Below, in pieces: positions 48,590 to 57,434 of a stretch of 64,000 nucleotides of DNA. How positions within the stretch are numbered: position 1 is the stretch's first letter; every line of letters begins with the position of its first letter. Position numbers and translations under genes: made by a program. This stretch comes from a virus: positions 101,873 to 165,872 of IMG/VR virus record IMGVR_UViG_3300025131_009739; one strand, written 5' to 3'. A model generated the notes under the pieces. It did not search any database and was not told where the DNA came from. It saw only the letters and a program-made list of their open reading frames with translations.

Positions 48590-49038
48590 ACGTTAAATAG
48601 TTTATACTTTTTGTTATATTTGAAATATAATATCATATTCTCGCCTTTCGACGTCATATGAAGTTTAAAGTCGTTCTTCCCGAACCACTGTAGTTTATGA
48701 ACTTTAAAGCCCATGGGGTATGTCTTCCTAGTGAAGTGTGTCATTGTAGTCAATTTTTCTCTTAATCTTTGGGGACTAGCATGCACATTATAAGAAACAA
48801 TGGTCTTCTTTTTTTTATTTGTGGTGACATTGCCTGAAACCATATTTTCTGGCCCGACAACAGAAGAAATAAATTTTGTGTTAAATTCTACTTGTCTATA
48901 GAAAAAACTCCTAGAAATTTCGTTCGGAACAATTTTAACGCCCAAGAATTGCCGAAGATATAAATCTGCTAGCGGATCACCTGTTGGAGAAATGGCAAAA
49001 GTTGTTAAAAAAGTTGTTAAAAAAAGTAAAGTCTTCAT
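48577..49038 (-). CDS. Hypothetical secreted protein
   Basis: Signal-peptide-like N-terminus. Confidence 0.55.
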   Translation of the reverse strand: MKTLLFLTTFLTTFAISPTGDPLADLYLRQFLGVKIVPNEISRSFFYRQVEFNTKFISSVVGPENMVSGNVTTNKKKKTIVSYNVHASPQRLREKLTTMTHFTRKTYPMGFKVHKLQWFGKNDFKLHMTSKGENMILYFKYNKKYKLFNVWIK

Positions 49039-49254
49039 ATTTTATACCTAAAGAAGTTATTAAATAGACCAAGAGGCCTATAAATGAAAAAAATGTAATT
49101 ACATCAAAAGTATCAAAATTTTTAAAGAAACGAAGTAATATGTTAATTATTGAACGCATGATACTATTGAATAGATAAATAGCATCGTAAAACTCATAAC
49201 ACCCCAGTCAAATATGTCTAATTCGAACAAATGGGCGATTTTTTTCATTCGTGG

Positions 49255-49901
49255 TTATCCTCCTTTTAAATGTTTTAATTTTCCCTCTTTAATATCAACG
49301 CCGATAGACGTTTCTACCCAAGGAAATAAATCCTCAAATCCATTATTCCAATATACCCTCCAAGCGCCGACACCTAAAGACGATACACGCTCCAATAATA
49401 TAGCGTAATTACCATCTTTTTCTATTAACATGTCTCCTGGGGATAGATTCATTTTTTACTCTTATTTTTGTTAACAACCTTAGTAATAGGGATCACATTC
49501 AGCATTGCATTAAAATGTTTTTGAATTTCTTCTTTAGTGTGTTTTTTGTTTGGCCTTTTGCCATACATTGTTTCAACTTGTAACCATCCACGGCTAACAA
49601 TAGATCTAAGAGCAGAATGAAGTTCATTGTGGGTCAAATTATCTAAATTAATTTTAACTTCTTCTAGTTCTTTAAGAGCCTCTTCATAATAATCGAGCAT
49701 CATTGTGTTTTTCTCCCTTTAGTTTTTTTTATAATCCGGGTCTTCCGCGCATTTGTCGTGTTGCACACGAAATCGATGGGCGCAAAGAAGAATATCAATT
49801 TTTTTGATATTCCGCGGAAGTATTTTTTTAAGTTGATTATAAATTATTGTTTCTCGCATTGTGACTAAGCGATTTTTTGGATTTATATTTTCTATATTCA
49901 T
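49255..49901 (-). CDS. Three small hypothetical ORFs (49255-49452, 49449-49703, 49719-49901)
   Basis: Tightly packed ORFs with overlaps or SD sites. Confidence 0.5.
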
Positions 49902-50101
49902 TATGCAAATTCTTCATTAACATGTTCACACTCGTGACATCGAAACACTTGAACAGGCAAGAACATGACTTCGCCAGTAGGTGAAACCAAAGATGATACT
50001 TTCTTTAGTGTAAAAACGGGTGAAAAATATTTACAATCACAATTTTCACAACAAACATTTTGGCAATCTTCCAAGCTTATATTTAATTTTTTTGATGACA
50101 T
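49901..50101 (-). CDS. Small zinc-finger protein
   Basis: CENC...CHEC; AAGGAG SD. Confidence 0.7.
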   Translation of the reverse strand: MSSKKLNISLEDCQNVCCENCDCKYFSPVFTLKKVSSLVSPTGEVMFLPVQVFRCHECEHVNEEFA

Positions 50102-50193
50102 TTTTTTCTCCTTAAAGTAAATATATCATTATAAATATTATATCATATTTTTATTAATAAGACAACAATTAAAATCGAAAATATTTTATACTA

Positions 50194-50270
50194 TGGCACC
50201 CTCTGTAGGATTCGAACCTACGACCTACAGATTAGAAGTCTGTTGCTCTATCCAACTGAGCTAAGAGGGC
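50194..50270 (-). tRNA. tRNA-Arg(UCU)
   Basis: GCCCTCTTAGCTCAGTTGGATAGAGCAACAGACTTCTAATCTGTAGGTCGTAGGTTCGAATCCTACAGAGGGTGCCA: cloverleaf, TCT anticodon, encoded CCA. Confidence 0.97.
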
Positions 50271-50275
50271 TAGTT

Positions 50276-50905
50276 TTAACTGGCTCTTCTAAGCTTATTA
50301 ATTCTATCTTTTAGCTTGGACATTATGCCAACGTATCCATCTTTTTTATAGATTCTACGCATTGCAGCTCGATAGCTTCGCGATTTTGATACGCCATCAA
50401 TATATATGTCGCACATCATCCAATGTTTATCTTTGAAAATGAAGATAAAATCAGCTTCAAATTCAGACTCATTGGATATACTAGACACAATTGTTTTGAC
50501 CTTCGCGAATTTTTCTCCTCGAAGCATCTTATAGTCGGTTTGGTTAGGAAACTTGACCGAAAATTTTTTATCCGGAGAGAAGTACTTTGCATAACGTTTA
50601 AGCATCATCTTCTTAAGAGCGTTGGTATATTCTTTTCGTTGTTTGACACCTAATTCATCCCATTGCGAATGAAGAGTGGCTTTAGCGAAAACATCCCAAG
50701 CGATATTCTTTTTTAAAAATTGTTTAACGGATCGCGGAAGCTTTTTGTCGTCTCTAATAATGCGATCTCTCATCTTGTTAATACCGTTGGGATTAAGTTG
50801 CTGCGCTATAACATATGCTTTATACTGGTGTGAAAGAACAATTTGTGGATCTTGCGCAGTAAAAATATATGCAGTAACTAAACTAGCTAATAGTATGCTT
50901 TTCAT
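50276..50905 (-). CDS. mlaC: MlaC/Ttg2D-family periplasmic phospholipid shuttle
   Basis: Signal peptide; AKATL..QW....QRKEY; C-terminal WMMCDIYIDGVS...YR. Confidence 0.7.
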   Translation of the reverse strand: MKSILLASLVTAYIFTAQDPQIVLSHQYKAYVIAQQLNPNGINKMRDRIIRDDKKLPRSVKQFLKKNIAWDVFAKATLHSQWDELGVKQRKEYTNALKKMMLKRYAKYFSPDKKFSVKFPNQTDYKMLRGEKFAKVKTIVSSISNESEFEADFIFIFKDKHWMMCDIYIDGVSKSRSYRAAMRRIYKKDGYVGIMSKLKDRINKLRRAS

Positions 50906-50921
50906 GATAGTTGCCTCTTCT

Positions 50922-51416
50922 TTAGGTGTTTATGTTTTCCAGAATTCGTTTGAATTCGTCCATTTCGGATCTAGTTGATTTGTTTGCAAACAAAGTGTTA
51001 ATAAGCCCACTGCTGCTTTGAATCTTTTTGCCACCGAGATTCCAAATCATTTTAATGCCAAGCTCATGACATACAGCCGCTTCAGGTGTGTTAACAGCTG
51101 TTCTATCGCCGCCGTTACCGAACATATCTGGTTTAAGGCGCTTTAAAGCCTCACAAACAGTACCATCGTCGTCATCTACGGCAGATACTTCATAAACACC
51201 TTTAAGCTGTTCTAAGAGGTATTTGCGCTCCTTATAGGGCATAAATACGTAGCCTTTCTTGCGTTTAAGCCATGCGTCGCTGTTTAAAACAACAGTAACA
51301 TCGCCCAGTTGCGCAGCAGCCTGAATCATTTTAACGTGACCAACGTGAATTGGATCCAATCCACCGCTGATAACTATAGTTTTATTCCTCATTGTGGCCT
51401 CTATTTTTGTGGGCAT
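50922..51416 (-). CDS. Cytidylyltransferase-family protein (TagD/RfaE-like)
   Basis: SGGLDPIHVGH, LNSD, NGGDR, QSSS. Confidence 0.85.
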   Translation of the reverse strand: MPTKIEATMRNKTIVISGGLDPIHVGHVKMIQAAAQLGDVTVVLNSDAWLKRKKGYVFMPYKERKYLLEQLKGVYEVSAVDDDDGTVCEALKRLKPDMFGNGGDRTAVNTPEAAVCHELGIKMIWNLGGKKIQSSSGLINTLFANKSTRSEMDEFKRILENINT

Positions 51417-51562
51417 CTTTCCATAGCATATAGCAATTATAATATACGTATATAAAAACGCCTGATAACATTATTAATTCAAATATCATTTCTTAGGCTT
51501 TGTGTAGCTCCATATTAAGCCGCCCATAACAAACAAATACACTCCAACCAATATTATAATAT

Positions 51563-51847
51563 TTATTTGTTCTGTTGTATAGGCTTCCATTGTTCTTTCT
51601 CCTTCTTTTTATTTTTGAGCTTAATAAAGTCTTCTAATCGTCTATTTGCCCATGGATCATATGAATCCTGGTGAACACATTCGCCCAATACACTATCTTG
51701 GCTAATGTTAAACACACATATATGATCGGCTCGACAATCTGACTCTGATTGACATGTATCTCTGGTCTCGCCTGAAACTCTCATCATCGCCGCATTATAG
51801 CAACCTGCAATTGCGACTGTTGTTAGTACTAGTAATAAAGATTTCAT
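51563..51847 (-). CDS. Cys-rich small lipoprotein
   Basis: MKSLLLVLTTVAIAGC lipobox; C.SESDC....C...C. Confidence 0.6.
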   Translation of the reverse strand: MKSLLLVLTTVAIAGCYNAAMMRVSGETRDTCQSESDCRADHICVFNISQDSVLGECVHQDSYDPWANRRLEDFIKLKNKKKEKEQWKPIQQNK

Positions 51848-51931
51848 TTCTATCTCTCCTTCAATACTAAATATTTGCAAAATTTTTTTTTAGCTAAAAT
51901 TTTAAGCTAGCATATACAAATTGTTCCCATA

Positions 51932-52243
51932 TCACTCTTCTACAGATTCTAAAACTATTCTTGATTCAAAGGAACCTCTTTCATCGGACTTCTCGTTCAC
52001 ACGCTGAGCCAGTTCCTCTTGGGAATAACCCATGGCATCGACCAGAGCGCTGAAAACTTCCAAAATATCTGCTAACTCTTCTAGACATGGATCTTCTAGA
52101 AACTCATTGACTTCCTCAATTAATTTCTCTTTAAGTTTAACCTTGTATTCCTCTGGTTCAGCCACGTGGGTTCTAAAATTTTTCCCTTGAGCGCTCATTA
52201 TAGATGGAATATTATCTCTTATTAATTTGTTGTAAATTTTCAT
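51932..52243 (-). CDS. MazG-like nucleotide pyrophosphohydrolase
   Basis: YNKLIRDNIP, KLIEEVNE, EELADILEV, ERGSF. Confidence 0.85.
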   Translation of the reverse strand: MKIYNKLIRDNIPSIMSAQGKNFRTHVAEPEEYKVKLKEKLIEEVNEFLEDPCLEELADILEVFSALVDAMGYSQEELAQRVNEKSDERGSFESRIVLESVEE

Positions 52244-52270
52244 ATTTTTAAATTTGGGTTTTTTTATTTG

Positions 52271-52720
52271 TTAATCCATTATAGCATATAAGAACTTTTC
52301 TCTCTCTGTTAAAGCAATTGAGTATCCTCGCCATAATTCTCTCTCATCCTCCCAACAACACCATGTATCGAATCCTTCTGTTTTGTTGACTAACTTACAA
52401 GTTTTAGCAATTTGAGTCCACGATCTAAATTCAAAACCGACTAACACTTCCCACTCTTCTTCAAACACATCATATATAGGCAAACCACTATCTTCATATA
52501 ATGGCCTAACTGCAACTCTCCCGGGACTCCAATACGCCGGCAACCAACCATTACAATTATGTTCTCCCTTAGCTAAAAGTTCGCCAATATAACTGTTACT
52601 GGGATATACCCATTCTGTTGCCAACTTGTATGCTTTTACAAATTCTGTATGGCAACTTGCTATATCATAATTTGAAGGATTAGTTGTTATAAGTGTTAGT
52701 AGTAATATTAAAGTATGCAT
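52271..52720 (-). CDS. Hypothetical secreted protein
   Basis: 149 aa, hydrophobic N-terminus. Confidence 0.55.
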   Translation of the reverse strand: MHTLILLLTLITTNPSNYDIASCHTEFVKAYKLATEWVYPSNSYIGELLAKGEHNCNGWLPAYWSPGRVAVRPLYEDSGLPIYDVFEEEWEVLVGFEFRSWTQIAKTCKLVNKTEGFDTWCCWEDERELWRGYSIALTEREKFLYAIMD

Positions 52721-52843
52721 TTTTAAATTTGGGAATTTTTTTTAGCTGGTTAACGCGTGTACTTAGATCCCACTGACAGGCCGGCCCCACTACGACCCTT
52801 ATTCCGGGTGTGGGGGGGGAGGGGGGTACCTGATCCCCCGCGC

Positions 52844-52996
52844 TTATTCTTTTTCGTCGATGTCGGCTTTGTCGATTTCGTTGCTGTCAATACCAACGCT
52901 GTCAAAGTCAAGGTTTCCAACGTCTCCGAATACACCGAAGTCCATTACATCATCAAGGCTGTCAACAAAGGCGTTTATGTCAAGGTAATCATTCAT
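52844..52996 (-). CDS. 50 aa highly acidic peptide
   Basis: MNDYLDINAFVDSLDDVMDFGVFGDVGNLDFDSVGIDSNEIDKADIDEKE; purine-rich leader; below the ORF-track cutoff. Confidence 0.65.
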   Translation of the reverse strand: MNDYLDINAFVDSLDDVMDFGVFGDVGNLDFDSVGIDSNEIDKADIDEKE

Positions 52997-53064
52997 AAGT
53001 TATATCTCTCTCTTCTATAGGGAATACTGAATACTTTTTATATTCTTTTTATTATTGTTCTCGG

Positions 53065-53286
53065 CTATACGCCGCAGGCTTTCAAGAATAAGGCCGGTTT
53101 GAAGTTGGGGTTGTCCTTCTGAAGCTGCGCCGCAAGGTTACAAGCTAACACTCTGAGGGTCGCGTTGGACTTGCCCAATACTTTGACCTCTGAAGTTCTC
53201 TTGATAGTGTCTGCAATAAGTTGATAATCTTTGCGGGTCATTACGCGATCACCTGAAGGATACAAAGGGCGGAAGGGACAAAGCAC
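53065..53286 (-). CDS. Small phage protein (MTRKDY type)
   Basis: MTRKDYQLIA...DNPNF...FLKACG; true start is probably the internal Met. Confidence 0.65.
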   Translation of the reverse strand: MLCPFRPLYPSGDRVMTRKDYQLIADTIKRTSEVKVLGKSNATLRVLACNLAAQLQKDNPNFKPALFLKACGV

Positions 53287-53442
53287 GCGGCAAACTGTGC
53301 GACAACTGCCAGGGTTCTAAAGTATTTCAAATCTCTCTCTCATCTCTAAAGGGTATAACTTATTATCTCATATAGGCGAGGGCATGTCAAGTAAAAAAGA
53401 TCTTTTATTGAAACTTTTTTTTATGCCCTCGCCCATGTCCGG

Positions 53443-53727
53443 TTAGGACTTGTAGGAAAAGGAGCCTTTGTTCTCCTCGATGAAGGTTTCGATCTCTTCT
53501 TTGATGGAAAGCAACCGGGCCATTTGTCCCGGGTAAAGGGTAACGGGGAAACGTCCCAAACCATACACGCTCAGCGCGCCTTTCTGGGAGACTTTGAGAG
53601 ACAGCTGTTTAGGCGTGTTCTTCTTTTTCTCTTTCAGTTCCGCTTTGAGGGTCGCGATCTGCTCTTGAAGGTTTGCGAGGTCATTCTGATCTTTGGTCGC
53701 TTTCGCTTTGAGGTCGGCTGATGCCAT
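53443..53727 (-). CDS. Small phage protein
   Basis: Coiled coil followed by KVSQKGALSVYGLGRFPVTLY; has its own promoter. Confidence 0.7.
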   Translation of the reverse strand: MASADLKAKATKDQNDLANLQEQIATLKAELKEKKKNTPKQLSLKVSQKGALSVYGLGRFPVTLYPGQMARLLSIKEEIETFIEENKGSFSYKS

Positions 53728-54375
53728 GTTTTTTTTCTCTCTCTTGAAGGGTATAGACTGATTATAGCAAAGTTGGGGGTAGTTGTCAAGGTTTATTTTC
53801 CAGCGACTCGGTGTTCGCCCGGCTTCCTGTGCGTATCCGGTGGGCGAGGTCCGGTTCTGAGGCTTGCCCGTTCTTTACTTGCTATGCCTGCTCGATGGCT
53901 CGGCGTGTTATGGGGGCGCAAGTATTGAAGCGGGCTAGCACGCCCTGAAGTCAATCTGTCATTGTGTTTTTTCCTGTTGGGGTTCTGAAGGGGGAAATGT
54001 GGACCGGCAAAGCCGCGTAGGGTTGGCGGGCGTTTTGCCCTTTTTCGATTGTTATATATATATTATAGCACAGGGAAAGCGAGTTGTCAAGAACTTTTTT
54101 CATCAATGATCTCGAGCAGTTATCTGCTGCCGCGTTGTAAGTGTTGGGAATCATTGGGAAATAAAAATGATCTTTTTTTGCACTTTTTTTAGTGGGCGCG
54201 TTGGCACGGATCGTGCTATATTGCAGGAAGTGTGCCATATTGGGGGGTTGTACTAGATCCAAACCACTATGAACCACTTCTTTGATTTTCCTAAATAAAA
54301 ACAACAAGTTAGCCAACATCATATAAACCATCTACTTACACCCTATCCTTTCCCTAATGATTACCAATAGTTAGC

Positions 54376-54675
54376 TTAGTCGCCATCACATACGGCAGGT
54401 TGCGACCAGTTGTCATACTGCCAGTCGGAGATCATGCCGTCTTTACAGAGGGCGTCTGTATAGTTGTTCCAAGATTCACGGCGCAGGGGAAGATCGGGGT
54501 GGCAGTTGTACCGCGTTTCCTGATCACGCACACCGGGCATGATCCATTCCTCAAAGAAATCAACGGCTTCCGCCCATAATGTAACTGTATCTAAATCTCT
54601 CATTTTCTCTCTTTCTATTCTCTCGACTGTTTCTAATGCTAGTATAATGAATATTGCGTATAACGCCAGATACAT
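54376..54675 (-). CDS. Small phage protein
   Basis: RESWNNYTDALCKDGMISDWQY; alternative start at 54603. Confidence 0.65.
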   Translation of the reverse strand: MYLALYAIFIILALETVERIEREKMRDLDTVTLWAEAVDFFEEWIMPGVRDQETRYNCHPDLPLRRESWNNYTDALCKDGMISDWQYDNWSQPAVCDGD

Positions 54676-54811
54676 TTTTTTTCTTTCTCGATTATTACTT
54701 CTTTAGTATAGCACGCTGAAATCATATTGTCAAGCATTTTCTTTCTTTATGATCTCGGGGACTTATCGCTTCTGGTGCTGTAAGTAGTTGTTATCATTAC
54801 TGAATCTTTTT

Positions 54812-55666
54812 TTATTTTTCTTGTTCTCGGGGATATCGCAACCATTCCTTATGAACGCTGACCAGACCATAACCAGGCAGGGCGATTTGATAACAGGACT
54901 TCGCCCGGTTCCCCAGGTACTCGCCAGCATCGGAGAAGTCGGTTTTGCGGGATTTCCTAATGATTACGCCTACTTGCCCGTGTCCCTTGAGAACGTCATG
55001 ACGATCTTTGCCTGCTAACACGTAGTCCCAGAGTTGGATGGTATCGCCTTTCTTGAATGATTTCATTTACTTACGACCTTCCAGCTTGAGGAATAATACG
55101 TATAAGGAGCACCGACACCTGCGGCGACAATCAATACTTCATCCCCCCTGCGGAATCGATCACCGAGCAGCCTTGTGATTACCCCGAGCGTTCCACGGGG
55201 GACAAGATGATCACCGCACCCTGATCCGTTGGGGTGCGTTACCTGAACCAAATCACCGACTTTCATGCTATCACCTCAAAATGTCCCTGAGTGTAGTTAC
55301 CACACCAAACTTTTTCACCCTCGCAGGAGAGCATAACGTCAACGTAGTTACTCAGAGGGGGGTTGTTCATTGTATCGGGGCGCACATCAACGACGATACC
55401 CACACAACCGGCTGGAAATGGCCCGCCTGGTACATGGGGATTATCCCAGACTGCGCGGGTGTTTGTTACTAAGTCACCGACTCTCATGATATCACCTTGA
55501 TTATTTGAGATTGGAAAATCATAATGGGCTTACCTGTCTCTACACGATGAACCCACCACATGCCGCCCTCTACTTCACTTGTGAAGGCTGGACCCAAGAC
55601 AAGAGCAACATTCTCTTTCCTGCTGCCTATCTGTATCATATCGCCTGTTTTGAATCGCTTGTTCAT
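54812..55666 (-). CDS. Four coupled 'xGDLV' SH3/KOW-like mini-genes (54812-55066, 55063-55266, 55263-55487, 55484-55666)
   Basis: Starts KKGDTI, MKVGDLV, MRVGDLV and FKTGDMI; ATGA overlaps. Confidence 0.75.
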
Positions 55667-55844
55667 TTTTTTCTTCATCTCGATTATTATGTACCCATTA
55701 TAACACGGTGTTAGTGCTTTGTCAAGCATTTTCTTTTTGAATGATCTCGGGAAGTTAGCGGGTTTGGGGTTGTAAGTTGTTGTTATTGTTGGGTTATTTA
55801 TTTTGAACTTTTTTTCTTCAATGATCTCGGGCATTTACCCTAGT

Positions 55845-56402
55845 AATATGGTCGCGGAAGGGCGGCATAACACCCACTCATCAGTCAAAGCTCTCGCTCG
55901 TGATCCTGCATGACTACCGATATTTGGCACGACCATACCCTTGGGGTATTTGGGAAGGGGGAAGGGTGCGCCTGGCTTTGTTGCCTAGGCCCGGTGATAA
56001 GATGCCTCCTATCGGTGGACTAGCGCACCCTTCGCCCCGTAGAGAGAAGGCGGGTTCGATCACATGGTTTCGGGTGGCAGCAACCACCTTCTTTACCCAG
56101 GGAAAGAGGACCGCAACTGTGCTTTTTCACCTTCTCTCTCTGCCAGAGGGAGCTAAGATTAGGGGGTCAATCCCAACCTTGCCTTATTCCCCCGCGTTGA
56201 CTAAACGCGAGCAACCATTATCAGGCGTCTCCGCGACTACCCCTTCAGGCAGGAGGGATTCAAACCCCCCTCCTAATAATGCCTCTGGCTTTCGTAGCGT
56301 GCTACAGACTCACTTTGTTGTAGTCTGACTAACAGCGTGCTCGACCTTTGAGGTGGTCAGGTTCTCACCTGGCTACTGTCAGGGCTCCACCCACACGCTA
56401 CT
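55845..56402 (-). ncRNA. Candidate large structured non-coding RNA (~560 nt), family unassigned
   Basis: Promoter at 56431-56459; no minus-strand ORF of 60 aa or more; several long perfect helices; GNRA-capped hairpins in the minus sense. Confidence 0.7.
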
Positions 56403-56464
56403 TTTTTCTATATTTTCAAAGAACAATCCCATTATACCACAATGGGGAGTGGTTGTCAAGTTTT

Positions 56465-56653
56465 TTATTCCCCTGACAGGAACATATTCAGCGCCTCGAC
56501 GCCCAGGGAGTAACAGACAGAACCATCGCTCAAGTCCACGACATTACTGACTTTTTCGCCGTCTTGGATTGAATCAAGTTCTTCCTCTGTAACACGGACA
56601 ATGGTTGCCTCTGTATCCCAGGTTTCGCCATCTGGCATTACTACAATAAACAT
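56465..56653 (-). CDS. Small acidic protein
   Basis: 62 aa ORF behind the promoter at 56686-56714. Confidence 0.6.
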   Translation of the reverse strand: MFIVVMPDGETWDTEATIVRVTEEELDSIQDGEKVSNVVDLSDGSVCYSLGVEALNMFLSGE

Positions 56654-56823
56654 GATTTTTTTCTCTCCTCGATTGTTATGATACCATTATAGCAAAAATT
56701 TTCTCGGTTGTCAAGAACTTTTTTCGCTTTTTTTCATTTTTCTTGTTTTGCCAATGTTCTCGGGCACTTAGCCGAAATGCAAGATTGTTTCGTAGGGTAG
56801 ACCGTTGGGGGTTGCAGGCTTCT

Positions 56824-57003
56824 TTACTGCCTGACGTACTGTAGTATTTGTTTCCATACCTGTTGTTCCTTTCCTTCTTTGAACCAATAAACACTAACTA
56901 TGTCGCCATAGCCTTTTTTTGGGTTTATGTCTATTATTATTCCTATTCCTTTGTCTCTTCTCGTTCCGTACCTTCTGTGACACACTAAGTCACCGAGTTT
57001 CAT
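56824..57003 (-). CDS. 'MKLGDLV' SH3/KOW-like mini-gene
   Basis: MKLGDLVCH...GIIID...VYW. Confidence 0.7.
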   Translation of the reverse strand: MKLGDLVCHRRYGTRRDKGIGIIIDINPKKGYGDIVSVYWFKEGKEQQVWKQILQYVRQ

Positions 57004-57140
57004 CATCCTTTCCACTTGAAGTCGCGACAGGCTTTCTTAGCCTTTTGTTTTCGCTTATCCCCGTGGTTGCCTGAACCAGTCCTAAAGTGGGCGTGAATCG
57101 CCAGCCAGTTCCGCAGCTTTGGTTTCTTCTTCCTTCTCAT
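57003..57140 (-). CDS. 45 aa basic peptide
   Basis: MRRKKKPKLRNWLAIHAHFRTGSGNHGDKRKQKAKKACRDFKWKG; stop overlaps the next ATG; not in the ORF track. Confidence 0.6.
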   Translation of the reverse strand: MRRKKKPKLRNWLAIHAHFRTGSGNHGDKRKQKAKKACRDFKWKG

Positions 57141-57339
57141 TTTTCAACTCTTCTTCTCTGTTCATGGCGGCGACAAAGCCGATCTTCCGTGTTTTGGGCT
57201 CCTCTCTAACCTCGAACCCCTGTGCTGCCAAGAACCCCTCAAGGTCATTCTCTGACATTCCGTTTCCGCTAGGCACGCCAACAGGGTAAGGCGCGATTGT
57301 TCCATTTGCTCTAACAGGGATAATCAGGGGACCGCTCAT
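57082..57339 (-). CDS. Hypothetical protein
   Basis: Start MSGPLII downstream of the promoter at 57382-57410. Confidence 0.55.
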   Translation of the reverse strand: MSGPLIIPVRANGTIAPYPVGVPSGNGMSENDLEGFLAAQGFEVREEPKTRKIGFVAAMNREEELKNEKEEETKAAELAGDSRPL

Positions 57340-57434
57340 TTTCTCTCTCTCGTTGAGGGATTTTCGATTGTTTCTGATACCAGTATAACACAGTAAAAAT
57401 GGTTTGTCAAGCATTTTTTTCACTTTTTTATTCA

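Noticed and set aside
52750-53020. Track ORFs 52750-52935 (-) and 52757-53020 (+)
   Set aside because: They cross the poly-G tract and lack SD sites; the acidic frame at 52844-52996 has a better start context
56245-56275. tRNA-like GGTTTGAATCC T-arm
   Set aside because: No D-arm, anticodon arm or acceptor stem around it; treated as a hairpin within the larger RNA
55900-56328. 142 aa plus-strand ORF
   Set aside because: Antisense to a strong promoter, no SD, unremarkable composition; better explained as a shadow of the GC-rich structured RNA
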